Shown here piece after piece: positions 1 to 13,908 of a DNA stretch of 64,000 nt. Both the position numbers and the translations under genes were made by a program. Where the stretch lies: NCBI GenBank assembly GCA_964016885.1, contig OZ024742.1, positions 377,518,001-377,582,000 on the forward strand. The letters run 5' to 3'. The notes below the pieces were generated by a model. The model saw nothing but the letters and a program-made list of their open reading frames with translations, had not been told where the DNA came from and ran no database searches. This DNA is from Eledone cirrhosa. Its lineage: Eukaryota. Position 1 is the first letter of the stretch, and each line of letters opens with the position of its first letter.

Positions 1-123
1 GTCCGTTTTTTATTTGGTTGTCCCGTTTTTTTAAGGGGGATCCGTTTTTTATTTGAGTGCCCCGTTTTTTTATGTGGGGGGGGGTCCGTTTTTTATTTGG
101 GTGCCCCGTTTTTTTATGGGGAT
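1..123. repeat. Degenerate ~20-bp minisatellite (ccgtttttttatttgg / ccgtttttttatggggg)
   Basis: Six ccgttttt-anchored units at ~20-bp spacing; runs off the window start. Confidence 0.7.
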
Positions 124-723
124 ACGTGATATATACATATGAAGATAAAAAATTAAAATTGTTTGAAGAAGCTTTATGTATACGCACATGTCTATGCACA
201 ATGACACAATGGAGTTATTTAGAGAAATAGAAGGCGGATGAAATAGGGAAAACAGAAATGAATGCAGCAGGAAAACAAACAATCCTATTCCTTTGTTTTT
301 ATTCCTCTTAATATTTGGAATCCTTGAAACACAGACGCCATTATTACATTTGTCTTTCTGGATGGTTACTTACCCCTCAATATCAACATTTTGTTTTTCT
401 ATCTGCATGGACGTGCGGCCTGAGTTATTACTCGCTTCTTCTTCTTCTTCTTCTTCTTCTCCCCCCCCCTCCCCCTCCTCCTCCTCCTCCTCCTCCTCCT
501 CCTCCTTCTTCTTTTTCTTTTTCTTTTTCTTTTTCTTTTTCTTTTTCTTTTTCTATCTAACGATCCATCCTCCTCCCCTCTCTCCCTTTCCTCTTTCTCT
601 CTTTCTTTACATATACATACATACACATATATATCTACATATATATATATATATATGCATCCATTCGTATATATATATGTATATATATATGTATATATAT
701 ATATATATTATACCGTATATGTG

Positions 724-818
<95 letters not shown>

Positions 819-1135
819 TTAGGGCTTGATAAATTGTCTGAATACCCAAAGAAAATATTGTATATTTGAAGGTTTCCAAAAATAAGTTGCTTTCATAAAT
901 CTAATTCCAATTAAAGGTAATATACAATTGATTTAAGTAACATTCCCTGGAGATTTAACTACAAACGAACATTTGCAAACACTCCGAATGTATTTAGTGA
1001 ACAAAAGAGATGTTCCTACAAATACCATACATTTTTCAATCAATCATATCTTCGATAGCGACGATGAATAGAAAAGAAAAGAAAGTTATGACACAGCAAC
1101 AATAACTATATGTATATATATAGAGAGAGAGATGC

Positions 1136-1183
<48 letters not shown>

Positions 1184-1260
1184 TATATATATTTTATATA
1201 TATATATATATGTATATATATAACAAATATTATTATTAATATTCGAAAAACTCAGATTAC

Positions 1261-1321
<61 letters not shown>

Positions 1322-1586
1322 TGTGTGTGTGTGTGTGTGTATAATACAAATCTGCATGTGTTTGTTTTTATGTGAATGATTCATATTGATGTTCTAATAG
1401 GATCCACTATTTTCTGAAAACAGATTTAGAAAGTTATACTAAGAAATATTTATTGTTTAGTTATGCTCTTTATTTAACACGCAGAAGAAAATCAACTCTA
1501 TACAAATTAGATATGTATTTAAAATTTGTTGAATATGCAACACACACACACACACATACACACACATACACACACACATATATATA

Positions 1587-1789
1587 TAACGCACCAGAGT
1601 ACTCAATACTTAGGCTAGTAGAGTGGGTAATAAGAAAATGTATGACCCCGATGGCAGAGCTCAAGCCGTTTCGGCGGCAATTTCTGGACGTTTTTGGCGA
1701 CGGCTATTTCTGGACGTTCGACGGCTATTTCTGAGTCCAGAAATACCCGTCGAAACGGCTTGAGCCCTGCCGTCGGGGTCATACATTTT

Positions 1790-1792
<3 letters not shown>
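1587..1792. mobile_element. Foldback repeat in (TA)n, probable solo PLE pLTR fragment (same family as 58864-59250)
   Basis: Inverted arms ~1636-1690 and ~1737-1792 with a one-sided extension; shares aacgcaccagagtactcaatacttagg and ggcagagctcaagccgtttcg with 58864-59250. Confidence 0.55.
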
Positions 1793-1822
<30 letters not shown>

Positions 1823-1824
<2 letters not shown>

Positions 1825-2186
1825 TTCACCGTATTTTTGACTAAAGAAATTTTAGTCTGATAATGGGGTTTAGAACCCTCAGATAAATGGAAAAAGATGA
1901 GTATTGACGTACATGGAGTCGACCCACATCTTTGGTTATACAGACCACTGTGCTAGCATTACACCAACACATCACGAGGTGATGTGTTGGTGTAATGGTA
2001 GCACAGTGGTCGCAATAACCAAAGATGTGGATCGACTCCCATGTACGTCAATACTCATCTTTTTCCATTTATCTGAGGGTTCTAAACCCCATTATCAGAC
2101 TAAAATTTCTTTAGTAAAAAATACGGTGAAAGCTATTCTATTTTCTAATTTCAAACCTGCTCACTGTTTCAAAACATACTTACTTG

Positions 2187-2188
<2 letters not shown>
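1823..2188. mobile_element. Foldback pLTR fragment, family B
   Basis: ~150-bp near-perfect inverted arms (1825-1972 / 1981-2131) plus a one-sided tail 2132-2188, flanked by (TA)n; homologous to 11551-11720. Confidence 0.7.
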
Positions 2189-2248
<60 letters not shown>

Positions 2249-2257
2249 ATGTATATA

Positions 2258-2374
<117 letters not shown>

Positions 2375-2408
2375 ATGTATATATATATGTATATATATAT
2401 ATATATAT

Positions 2409-2526
<118 letters not shown>

Positions 2527-2552
2527 GTGATATGTGTGTGTGTGTAAATATG

Positions 2553-2630
<78 letters not shown>

Positions 2631-2632
<2 letters not shown>

Positions 2633-2978
2633 AAAGTGAGGTTTTTTTACAAAATGAAAAAACCGAGGTGTCCTACACGAGTGAAAGTATAAAGAAAAAC
2701 AGATGAAATCGAAAATGCAACTGGAGTCTTATTTAAAAAAATATATATATTTTTATTTGGTTCCTTTGCCGGTTTCGCAGTTCTTCTGCTTTTCAAAAGT
2801 AGAATTGAGATGGGGGGGGTCTGTGGTTTTTCTCACATGTGAGGAAAACCACAGACCCTCCATCTCAACTCACCTTTTGAAAAGCAGAAGAACTGCGAAA
2901 CCGGTAAAGGAACCAAATAAATATATATATTTAAAAAAAAATAAGACTCCAGTTGCATTTTCGATTTCATCTTTTTTT

Positions 2979-2985
<7 letters not shown>
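2631..2985. mobile_element. Foldback solo pLTR of the Neptune-type PLE
   Basis: Inverted arms ~2687-2836 / 2839-2985 plus tail 2631-2686; matches the termini of the GIY-YIG element at 36374-38632 and the copy at 27023-27363. Confidence 0.8.
2873..2910 (+). ncRNA. Hammerhead-like motif with variant core (UUGAAAA)
   Basis: cctt-TTGAAAA-gcag aagaa ctgc-GAAA-ccgg-TA-aagg followed by aaataaa; all three stems pair and stem III is palindromic. Confidence 0.55.
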
Positions 2986-3041
<56 letters not shown>

Positions 3042-3073
3042 GAAGTGGTTACACAACAGTTAGTTCACCATGC

Positions 3074-3111
3074 CGAGAACAATTGTTTCACCTTAGCGGA
3101 TCCTCAGCTCG
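3074..3111 (-). ncRNA. Minimal type-I hammerhead ribozyme
   Basis: Reverse complement reads cgag-CTGAGGA-tcc gctaa ggt-GAAA-caattg-TT-ctcg. Confidence 0.7.
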
Positions 3112-4082
3112 TAATGGACACGGTTGTACGGAACATGAAGGACACCCATATGAACGTGCATGCGCAGAAACGGTCACTTCACTAAGGCAATACTAAATTG
3201 CGGCGAGAAGTGTAAGGGAGATAACTGCGAAAGTCCGAAAGTTTCTAGTTGATAAGAAAATTAGGATGTTGTTGTAATTCAATCCGGAGCTTTGTAGTTA
3301 TGTAAGAGGTGTTTCCAGACGTGTGGACAACATGTGAAGAATTCACTCTTCGTTTAGGCAATCGATATTGCGTAATGACTTTAGAATATTTATTCGTTCA
3401 TCAATACATAGTCCACATAACGGATTTCCTCTTGCGTATGGCTTCGACCCAGTGATGGCTTTCCATTGACTGGAGTAGTCTATACTTGAGTGAGTCCTTG
3501 AGGGACCATACGTTGCTCGCGAATTTTGTGGATGAACGTCGATCCGGGTATCTAAAGATTGACTGGTGGTTCAGGAAGCGTTCCTTAAATTGGCCCTCCG
3601 CCATACCCACATAGAATTTGACCTCGTGAGGTTGATTTGGTCGGTTAGAAGTGACCACATCTTCATAAACTACAGTGGGTGTGTTTCATTGCTGTTGAAG
3701 GGGACATGCTTCGGGCTTACGGCAAGAGCACCCTGGTGGGGTGTTGCTCTTAGGGCTGGTGGTGATGTGGGTCTTCATGTTCTTAGCGCAGGAGTATCCT
3801 AGTTTAAGTTTGTGTCGGTTAAAGATGGAGCGTCGTGTGGAATATGCATTGATGAACGCATAAATATTCTAAAGAGATTACGCAACAGCGATTGCCTAAA
3901 CTACAACGGATTGAATTACAAAAACATTCTAATGTTCTTATCAACTAGAAACTTTCAGACTTTAGCAGTTATCTCCCTTACACCTCTCGCACGCAATTTA
4001 GCATTGCCTGCGTGAAGTGACCGTTTCTGCGCACGCGCGTTCATACGGGTGTCCTTCCTGTTCCGTATAACCATGTCCATTA

Positions 4083-4120
4083 CGAGCTGATGACTCGCTA
4101 AGGGGAAACAACTGTTCTCG
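4083..4120 (+). ncRNA. Minimal type-I hammerhead ribozyme
   Basis: cgag-CTGATGA-ctc gctaa ggg-GAAA-caactg-TT-ctcg. Confidence 0.7.
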
Positions 4121-4215
4121 GTATGGTGAACTAACTGTTGTGTAAACACTTCTACCTAACTCGTTTCATGGACTGAGAGCTCTACCACTACGGGTATTAC
4201 CTTCCAATGTTCTAC

Positions 4216-4292
<77 letters not shown>

Positions 4293-4293
4293 C

Positions 4294-4410
<117 letters not shown>

Positions 4411-4960
4411 GATATATACATATATATAGCATAAAAACGAAAAATCAGTGATGCATCTGGACTCAGTTTATTGCGTGTTACAATTGTTTCGCCGGTAGGT
4501 AGCTCGAGACATGATCACTGTATGGATCTGGCTGATTCTACGGCTGCAGGTTCCTTCGGACACGGGTAGTTCGTTCGGAGCAAATGTTCTCACTGGGGTG
4601 TTATCGTCAAAAAACACCTCCAAAACACATCTTCCACTCTTGTCATGCTATTGGCTGTTGTTATTCTACGTAATCTTAAGTTCTGGTTACTATTTATTGC
4701 TACACGGGTCATCAGCCATTTTCCGTCCGACACACTTTAATGGAGTCATGCTGAGTTCAGTATCTCACACGCCTGTTCCCACTCCAGAGTATGTACCCAC
4801 AAATACACACTCACACATATACACACATATACACACACTCTACTCTGTATGAATATTGAGTGCTAATTTTGGCATACCGCCTATGGAAGCACCATAGCTA
4901 CCATTATACACAAGTATATACTACGCTCCTCCACAAGTAGAGCGCTTACAGCAATCCGCC

Positions 4961-7860
4961 ATGGAAAAATTCAATTACTCTTCTTCCCTGAAAGACATAC
5001 CGATCCCGTCTGACAACACATACATGGGCCTGCTGATATACCACACCAACTCGTTCATCAGACGCATGAGGTGGCGTGCATTTCACCACGACAGGAGGAC
5101 ACAACAACACGCGCCCGACGCCGCCCAGGACCGCCTAAAGCGGATATTTAGATCGAGACGACACTCACCACATAATGCACAGCTGGAGGAATTTGAAAAC
5201 CGTATAATCAACATAGTTCGTAACATCAAGTTCCGTAGGAATAGTGCACGGCGGACCAAATATCTCAAAAGTCTCAGCTCCACCATCAAAAGCATGGAAA
5301 AATGCCAGGATTTACTTGTGCCCTCGGACAAAACTGGTAATGCATACATGCTTGACCGTTTTACATACAACGACTTCCTCGGGAAAGAGATTAGGAAAAA
5401 CTATAGGACCACAGGACAGACAAATTTAGATAATATTAACGCCACGACAAAAAGTATACTGATGGGTCTAGGATTAGATGATAGAACCGAGGTATATGTA
5501 CCTAGAAAACCACAGATATCTATTACGGACCATAAATTAGACTTTAAAACTAAACTACCGGTTAGGTCAATAGCACCCTCAAAATCTGACCTAGGCAGGA
5601 CCAGCAAGAATATCATAGACAGGATACTACCGATACTTAGAAACAAAACTAAGCTTAGCCTATGGACCTTCACTAAGGAGGTAATTAACTGGTTCTCGTT
5701 AGTAGGTGACAAACACCAAGTAAATTTTATCCAGTTAGACATAGATAACTATTACGCGTCAGTATCTCCCATACTAGTCAATAAGGCCCTCATAAGCGCC
5801 ATGGCCAGATATAGCCTCACTAGGGATGAGACCAACCTCATAGTAGCAGCCAGAAAGACGCTAATTAGTTTCAAAGACAAGTTATGGGAGAGGAGGGACA
5901 GACCCGACAGTTTCGATATCACCATGGGGTCGAGCGACTGGGTGCAGGTGGGGATATATCTCATCCATAGGCTTGTGGGGATATATCTCATCCATAGGCT
6001 AACAGAGGATATCCCGGAGATCGGTGGTGGAATATACAGAGACGACGCACTTTTCACCTTCCGTTCCCTTAACCCCAGCCAGATGGAGCGTATGAGGAAG
6101 CGCATATCGCATATTTTTAAACAACACGGCTTATCCGTGACAATAGATCCTAGCACTAAGACGGTCAATTTCCTGGACGTCACCTTGGAAATGAATACGG
6201 GCATCCACAGACCGTATCATAAGCCCAACGAAAACCTGCAATATGTGAACAGGCAATCGAATCACCCTAAGTCAATCATAGAAGCCATAGTTAAAGGGGT
6301 TTCCAAACGCGTATTCACCCTGTCGGCGAACGCCGAATATTATCATGAGTCACTGCGCAGGGCCGGTTACACAGACACCATACTATTAACCCCGGACAGA
6401 GAAGAGCCAAGTGAAAAGGCGTGCAGAAATGGCAATAGCGGGGGCGCCTGCTTAGGTAGAAGAAATGACCCAGTAGCAGTCTCTAGGAACACAAATAACA
6501 ACACTAATAAGATTAATCACGCAGGACCGACCGTAGGAAGGACAAAGGCACCCACAGGAGCCAGACCACCCAGTACGCAGAGACATGGGCCTGGCACGCA
6601 CACTGCATGCTCCGCGGCAACTAGGACCAGGGATAGGAGATCGACAAATACGGACGGGCCACACGCCAGAGAGCACACCCATCCTGGTTGTAGTGGTACA
6701 GCACCGACAACAGCATCACATAGACCTAAGAGGAATAGATGTATAGACGACCACATAGAACGACGTAACTTAATAATTGAAGGGCATAACCCCGATGCCC
6801 ATAGCGGGCAAATAGATAGAGACAACACAGGAGATATAATTGTGGTTGGGCAGAGCACAGGACTGGCATCGGGTCCAGGACACACCAACACGAATCCACG
6901 CACGCAAAGGAACAGATCTAAGGCCGTTACTCGGTTTAATGCGCCTTACTCCAAACATGTACGCACCAACGTGCCAGGACTTTTTTCCGAGCGTTGGATG
7001 AGTGCTTTCCGCCGACGAATAAGTACCACAAAATCTTCAACCACCACACGGTGAAGTTTTCCTTCTCCACAGCACCTAACATGGCTAAAACTAACGCAGT
7101 GAAGATGGCGAACATTGGCCGTCAACCGCGGCGACAGCATGACCGTCTATCGGAGCGCGGAGAACCACCCGGGGACCGGCCCTCAAATGACAACCCGGCC
7201 CCCGAGCCGACTGTAACGCCCGGGGGGGGGGGGGGTTATGTGGTCCAACGCCGAGAGGTAATTAGTGGCATGGGGGAGACAACAGTGTCGGCGGAACAAC
7301 ACTCTGAGAACCTTGAGAGGGCCATAACAGATCGAGGCCCGGACATCAGGTGCGTAAGAACTGATAACAGAAATTGTAAGTGCAGAGCGGGAACCCAGTG
7401 CCCCCTGCAGGGAAAATTCCTGACGAAGGACCTGATATACAAGTGTGTGGTTACAACCCAAAATGCGCATCGCACCTACATCGGCGCAACATTCACGACC
7501 TTTAAATCGGGGATGTATAATCACAGGAATTCCTTCAGGGACCGTAGCAAAAAGCACTCCACTAGGTTAGCGGACCTGGTGTGGGACCTGAAAGACCAAG
7601 GCACTCCGTACGCCCTGAAATGGAGTATCGTTCGCCATGCGAGGGCTTATTCGGCTGGAAGTAGAAAGTGCCGATTATGCCTACACGAGGCCATGGAGAT
7701 AGTTAGACAGAAAGATGACGCGGTCAACCTGAAATCTGAAATTATCATGACCTGCAAACACCATAGAAGATGCACATTTGCAGCATGGAATCCTCAGGGT
7801 GGCACAGACCAGGGGCATGGGACTGGATACGCACAGATCCGAACGGCCCAACGGGATTAA
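4961..7860 (+). pseudogene. PLE RT + GIY-YIG polyprotein with one frameshift near 6985
   Basis: N-terminus YSSSLKDIPIPS..FIRRMRWRAF and SDKTGNAY; RT motifs FIQLDIDNYY, FDITMGSSD, IYRDD, NFLDVTL; second frame carries CKC..CPLQGK..LIYKC, TYIGAT, KCRLCLHE, NLKSEI..CKH. Confidence 0.9.
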
Positions 7861-8829
7861 GGGACCTGACGCGATGCCCTGATGACATTGTGCGACCCGT
7901 GTGGCAAACTAAGTAAACCAGGGTGCGCACCTGACCAAGCACGCAACATTGGGCAGGTACATCGCCTAGGCCGGGACCGGCTAACACGGGGTTCACAGTC
8001 TTCCGGTCCAATACCCCAAACATATAGAATAGCACACCCCAGCCGCGGTGGCATACCCCATGGAGACCGGGCCAAGCGTCCCCTTGAATGTGTACCCTGT
8101 CAATCGTGACTATTTACTCTCCACATGTTCCACTTTGGAACAATTATTATTACTGTTATTATTGTTTTGTTATTGTTACTGGTTCCATATACGGACCTAA
8201 GTTTGCACCTCATACTACCTGTGTGTACTATATCACATGGATACGCGCACCTTCTCCTGTACCCCCCCCCCCCAACACCCCCGTTTTTTATTTACCCATT
8301 TTTTATTTATCTATTTGTGAAGTTACATACAGATTTTAATGTATTTTAAAATATTGTACATTTATTTATTTTATTGTGTTTATATGTATGTTTTTATGTG
8401 TAGACTTGTGCGTAGGTATATGTATGTGTGTGTGTAGATATATATATATACCTGGGTGTGCATGGGGGTGTGTATGTATGCATGTGTACGTATATGCATG
8501 AGCTTATAAGCGTGTGTGTGCATGCATGTACATGTATGTACATATGTGGCTGAGTGTGTGTATATATATATATATATATATATGTACGTATAGCTGCGTA
8601 TGAGTATGTGTGTGTATGTGGGTGCGTATGTATATATATGTGTGTGCGTAAGTATGTATATGTGGGTCTCTATATGTATGTGTATTTATGTGTGTATATA
8701 TATATATGTGTATACATATCACAGGAATGTGTACGTATGGATTATATATTCATTTTATTATTAGAATTATTATTATTTTATAATATATCCAGTGTATATA
8801 TCCGTATATGTATGTATGGATAATTGTGC

Positions 8830-8887
<58 letters not shown>

Positions 8888-9174
8888 ATATATATATGTG
8901 TGTATATTATATTGTATACTATATTGATATTTTATTTTATGTTATGTTATTTTACTGTTATTTTATGGTATATTGTGTTTTTTGTTATATATTGTATATT
9001 TATTTGACGGTTTGGTTTATATATGTGGAAGCATGTGTGTGTAAGCAAATATGCATATATGCATGTGTCTGCATGTGGCTGTCCGTGCGCGTATGCATGT
9101 AGAGTTTTTTATGTATACATGTGTGTGTATGTATGTGTGTATCTAGTTATGTGTACGTACGTGTATTTTGTATG

Positions 9175-9251
<77 letters not shown>

Positions 9252-9292
9252 ATATGTATAAATATATATATATATATATACATGTATATATG

Positions 9293-9334
<42 letters not shown>

Positions 9335-9830
9335 AGGTTGTGCGTAGGTATGTGTGCGCGCGTATGTATGTGTGTGTATATGTGAATGTGCGTGTATACA
9401 TGTGTATGTGTATGTAAGTGTGCGTTTGCATATATATACATGTGTATACGTGTGGGTGTGCCTGGGTTTGTGGAAGAGAGGGGGAGTGTGTGCGTGTATA
9501 TATGTGCATGGGGGTATGTGTGTCTAGACATATATGCGTACATATATGTATGCATGCATGTGTCTATTCCTGCCCGTGTGTGTGTATATGTGTGAGTGTG
9601 TATGAGTGGGTATATACTCTGGAGTGTGAACAGACGTGTGAGATACTGAACACAGCATGACTATATTGAAGTGCGTCGGACGGAAAATGGCTGATAACCC
9701 GTGTAGCAGTAAATAGTGACCAGAAGTAGAATAACAACAGCCAATAGCATGACAGGAGTGGGAGATGTTTTTTGAAGGTGTTTTTTTACGATAACACCCC
9801 AGTGAGGAAATTTGCGCCGAGCGAACTACC

Positions 9831-9921
9831 CGTGTCCGAAGGAACCTGCAGCCGTAGAATCAGCCAGATCCATACAGTGACCATGTCTCGATCTACCTGC
9901 TGGCGAAACAATTGTAACACG
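9831..9921 (+). ncRNA. Degenerate hammerhead in family A pLTR (long stem II)
   Basis: cgtgt-CCGAAGG-~62 nt-GAAA-caattg-TA-acacg then caataaa; stems I and III intact, core mutated (CTGAAAC in the ~16990 copy). Confidence 0.45.
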
Positions 9922-10051
9922 CAATAAATTAAGTCCAGATGCATCACTGATCTTTTCGTTTTTATACTATCCACACTCTACTCTGTATGAATATTAAGTG
10001 CTAATTTTGGCATACCACCTATGGAAGCACCATAGCTACCATTATACACAA

Positions 10052-10097
<46 letters not shown>

Positions 10098-10121
<24 letters not shown>

Positions 10122-10842
10122 TAAAGAAAACGAAAAATCAGTGATGCATCTGGACTTAATTTATTGCGTGTTACAATTGTTTCGCCGGCAGGCAGCTCGA
10201 AACATGGTCCTTGTATGGATCTGGCTGATTCTACTTCTGCGGGTTGTTTCAGACACGGGTGTTTCGTCTGGAGCAAATTTTATCACTAGGGTGTTATCAT
10301 AAAAAAACACCATAAAAAAACCCTACTTCCACTCTTGTCATGCCATTGGCTGTTTTACTCCACGTCATCACAAGTTCTCCACGGTTGATCAGCCATTTTC
10401 CGTCCGACACATTTCGATGGAGTCATGGTGGGTTCAGTATTTCACACGTCAGTTCAAACCTCAGAGTAAGCACCCACACATACTAATATACACGCATAAA
10501 CACACAACACATGCAGACACATACATATTAATGCATACACACACGTACGCCTACATGCGCAGACCCCCTCCACATACATACATAAACGTATATATACACA
10601 CACACTCTCTCCCTCATTTCCACGGACCCAGTCACACCCACTTGTAGATACATATCGCCACAAGCCTTATGACGGCTCCTTACTTCCCGCCTTGTATCAG
10701 GTGGGATAAGCATGGCCTACTCAAACATGCACATATATACATACGTACGCGCGCACACATGCGTACGCCCAACCTTATATACATTTATATATATATATAT
10801 GTACACTCATACACACACATATATACATAAACACTTGCATAC

Positions 10843-10850
<8 letters not shown>
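10098..10850 (-). mobile_element. Family A-related pLTR plus 3' UTR fragment
   Basis: Reverse-complement match to ~16380-17125; related to 9590-9965. Confidence 0.8.
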
Positions 10851-10885
<35 letters not shown>

Positions 10886-11076
10886 GGTTTGAGGTTCACC
10901 ATTGGATAGAGCTGGTCAATTCCGTATGGTCAATCGTAATGTAATAATATAGAGAGTACTCAACGTAAAGCAGTTCAACCGTTTTTGTTTTTATAGTTGG
11001 TGGTGCTATTACGGAGTTAGATATTATAATGAAATGACAGGAGGCTGGATTTGTGTAAATCCTTGAAAGGTTTATT

Positions 11077-11134
11077 ATACTATGATCATTTCAATGACCG
11101 GGTTCCGTATGAATCCGGTGATATCATCAGGTAT
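11077..11134 (-). ncRNA. Type-I hammerhead ribozyme (inverted arm copy)
   Basis: Reverse complement of 11409-11466. Confidence 0.8.
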
Positions 11135-11408
11135 TCGAAATATAATAGGTGAATGTAATAGATAAAATCCATGGGGCTGAAAATCGAGGACCCGAGGGCG
11201 ACCGCTATCTTGCACCCTCTAACTTAGCCGGTCGCCCTCGAGTGACGTGGCTAAAGAGCTTTAGCTACGAGTGACGTGGTTAAAGGCTTTAGCCACGTCA
11301 CTCGAGGGCGACCGGCTAAGGTAGAGGGTGCAAGATAGCAGTCGCCCTCGGGTCCTCGATTTTCAGCCCCATGGATTTTATCTATTACATTCACGTATTA
11401 TATTTCGA

Positions 11409-11466
11409 ATACCTGATGATATCACCGGATTCATACGGAACCCGGTCATTGAAATGATCATAGTAT
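11409..11466 (+). ncRNA. Type-I hammerhead ribozyme
   Basis: atac-CTGATGA-..accgg..ccggt..-GAAA-tgatca-TA-gtat followed by aataaa; stem III (atgatcat) is palindromic. Confidence 0.85.
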
Positions 11467-11512
11467 AATAAACCTTTCAAGGATTTACACAAATCCAGCC
11501 TCCTGTCATTTC

Positions 11513-11550
<38 letters not shown>

Positions 11551-11552
<2 letters not shown>

Positions 11553-12552
11553 CAAATTATAAACGTAAACATGTAAGTATGTTTTTGAAGTGGTGCGCGA
11601 GTTTGAAATTAGAAATTAGAAATTATAAGCTTTCATCGTATTTTAGACTAAAGAAATTTCTAGCCTGATAGTGGGGTTTATAACCCTCGGAGAAATGGAA
11701 TACACAAAAAAACGACAACTTAACATGCATACGCACATTTACATATATACATACATATACGTACGCATATGCCGATATACATATATCTACACATGCATAC
11801 GCACTCGTGTTGCCACATGCATACACCTGCACATATGCATATCTGCCTACACACATGTGGGCTTCCACATATACATATATAAACAAAACCGTAAATTAAA
11901 AGTTAAAGATACATTATGCAATAAAAAAACAATATACCATAAAATAACGGTAAATTACCGTAACATAAAAAATATACAATATAATATAATATAATATACA
12001 ATATTATATATATATATATCTCTCCCAATATATATATATATATACACACATGTACACAGATTCATACATACATATACGGATATATACTGATATATATAAA
12101 GGATATGTGATAAAGTAATACAACAAGAATAATATTAATAATAAAAAGCATATATATTCCATATATAATCACCCGCACACATTCCTATGAGATGCACATA
12201 AACACATACATGTATGCACAAATACACATACACACATATAGAGGCCCACATATGCATGCACCCGCACCCACACATATATCTATATATATATATACACACA
12301 CACATATATATACACACACTTACCCACCCACACACATACACCTACTCATACGTGGCTATACGTACATACGCAAACATACATAGACATATATATATATATA
12401 TGTTCATATATACACACCTATATACATACACACACATACACCCACATTTCGCCACATATGTACATACATGCACATGTCTGCACATACACGCGCGTATAAG
12501 TTCATGCACACACGCACCCATGCCCATACACACACCCCAGTACCCACCGACG

Positions 12553-12583
<31 letters not shown>

Positions 12584-13908
12584 GTACATATACCCACGCA
12601 CATGTCCACACATAAAAACACGCGAATATAAACACAATATGATAATAAAATAAAGTAAATAAATAAATTTACAATATTTTAGGGTACACTAAAATCTGTA
12701 TGTAACTGCATAAATAGGTACAAGAAATAAAGAGGTAAAATAAAAAAAACGAGGGGGGTGTACAGGAGGAGGTGCGTGCGTCCATGTGATATACTACACA
12801 CAGGCATTATGAGATATAAACTTGTGTCCGTGTATAGAACAGGTAACAGTAACAGAACAATAATAGAACAATAATGATAGTAATAAACACTGTTCCAAAG
12901 TGGAACAGGTGGAGGCTATATAGTCACGATTGACGGGGTACACATTCAATGTGACGCCCGTCCCGGTCGCCTGTGCTGTGCTGTTCTATATGTTTAGGGT
13001 ACAGGACCGGGTGGCACGGGGCCTCGTGTCAACCGGTCCAGGCCCATGCGGTGTATCTTCCAATGTTGTGTGCCCGGTCAATTTCGAACCAGGTTTACTT
13101 ATGTTTGCCTCAGGGGTCGGACACCGTAATCATGGCGTGGCATCAGGTCCCCTAATCCCGTTGGGCCAATCGGGTCTGTGCGTACGCGTTCCCATGCCCC
13201 CTACCTGCGTCACCTCTTTATTTCTTGTACCTATTTATGCAGTCGCATACAGATTTTAGTGTACCCTAAAATATTGTAAATTTATTTATTTACTTAATTT
13301 TATTATCATATTGTGTTTATATTCGCGTGTTTTTATGTGTGGACATGTGCGTGGGTATATGTACGTGTGTGTGTGTGTAGATGTGTATGTATATATATAT
13401 ATACGTCGGTGGGTACTGGGGTGTGTGTATAGGCATGGGTGCGTGTATGCATGAGCTTATACGCACGTGTATGCGCATGTATATACATATGTGGCGAAAT
13501 GTGGGTGTATGTGTGTATATGTATATAGGTGTGTATATATGAAAAAATATATATATATATGTCTATGTATGTATGCGTATGTACGTATAGCCACGTATGA
13601 GTAGGTGTGTGTGTGTGGGTGGGTAAGTGTGTGTATATATATGTGTGTGTGTATATATATATGTGTGGGTGAGGGTGCATGCATATGTGGGCCTCTATAT
13701 GTGTATATGTGTGTATGTCTATTTGTGCATATATGTATGTGTTTATGTGCATCCCATAGGAATGTGTGCGGATGATTATATATGGAATATATATGCTTTT
13801 TTATTATTAATATTATTCTTGTTGTATTACTTTATCACACATCCTTTATATATGTCAGTATATTTCCGTATATGTATGTATGAATCTGTGTACATGTGTG
13901 TGTGTGTA

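Larger units (their letters stand above)
3040..4218. mobile_element. Head-to-head pair of 5'-truncated Naiad-type PLE copies
   Basis: Minus arm 3040-~3830 encodes a degenerate GIY-YIG C-terminus (FYVGMAEGQFKERFLNHQSIF, SSTKFASNVWSLK); plus arm ~3832-4155 (SCGICIDERINILK) is a diverged inverted copy with tail 4156-4218. Confidence 0.8.
4430..10055 (+). mobile_element. Near-complete Naiad-type Penelope-like element (family A)
   Basis: Inverted pLTR 4430-~4835, ORF 4961-7860, microsatellite-rich 3' UTR, sense pLTR ~9590-9965, then tail ~9973-10055 repeating the element's 5' leader (~4835-4918); (TA)n on both sides. Confidence 0.9.
10883..11516. mobile_element. Foldback solo pLTR carrying a hammerhead in each arm
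   Basis: Near-identical inverted arms ~11025-11256 / ~11287-11516 with a small duplicated centre and a one-sided tail 10883-11024; (TA)n flanks. Confidence 0.85.

Noticed and set aside
7879-7960. CTGATGA / ATGA hairpin just after the Naiad stop (HHR or SECIS)
   Set aside because: No downstream GAAA and stem III, SECIS spacing is wrong, and this ORF has no in-frame UGA.
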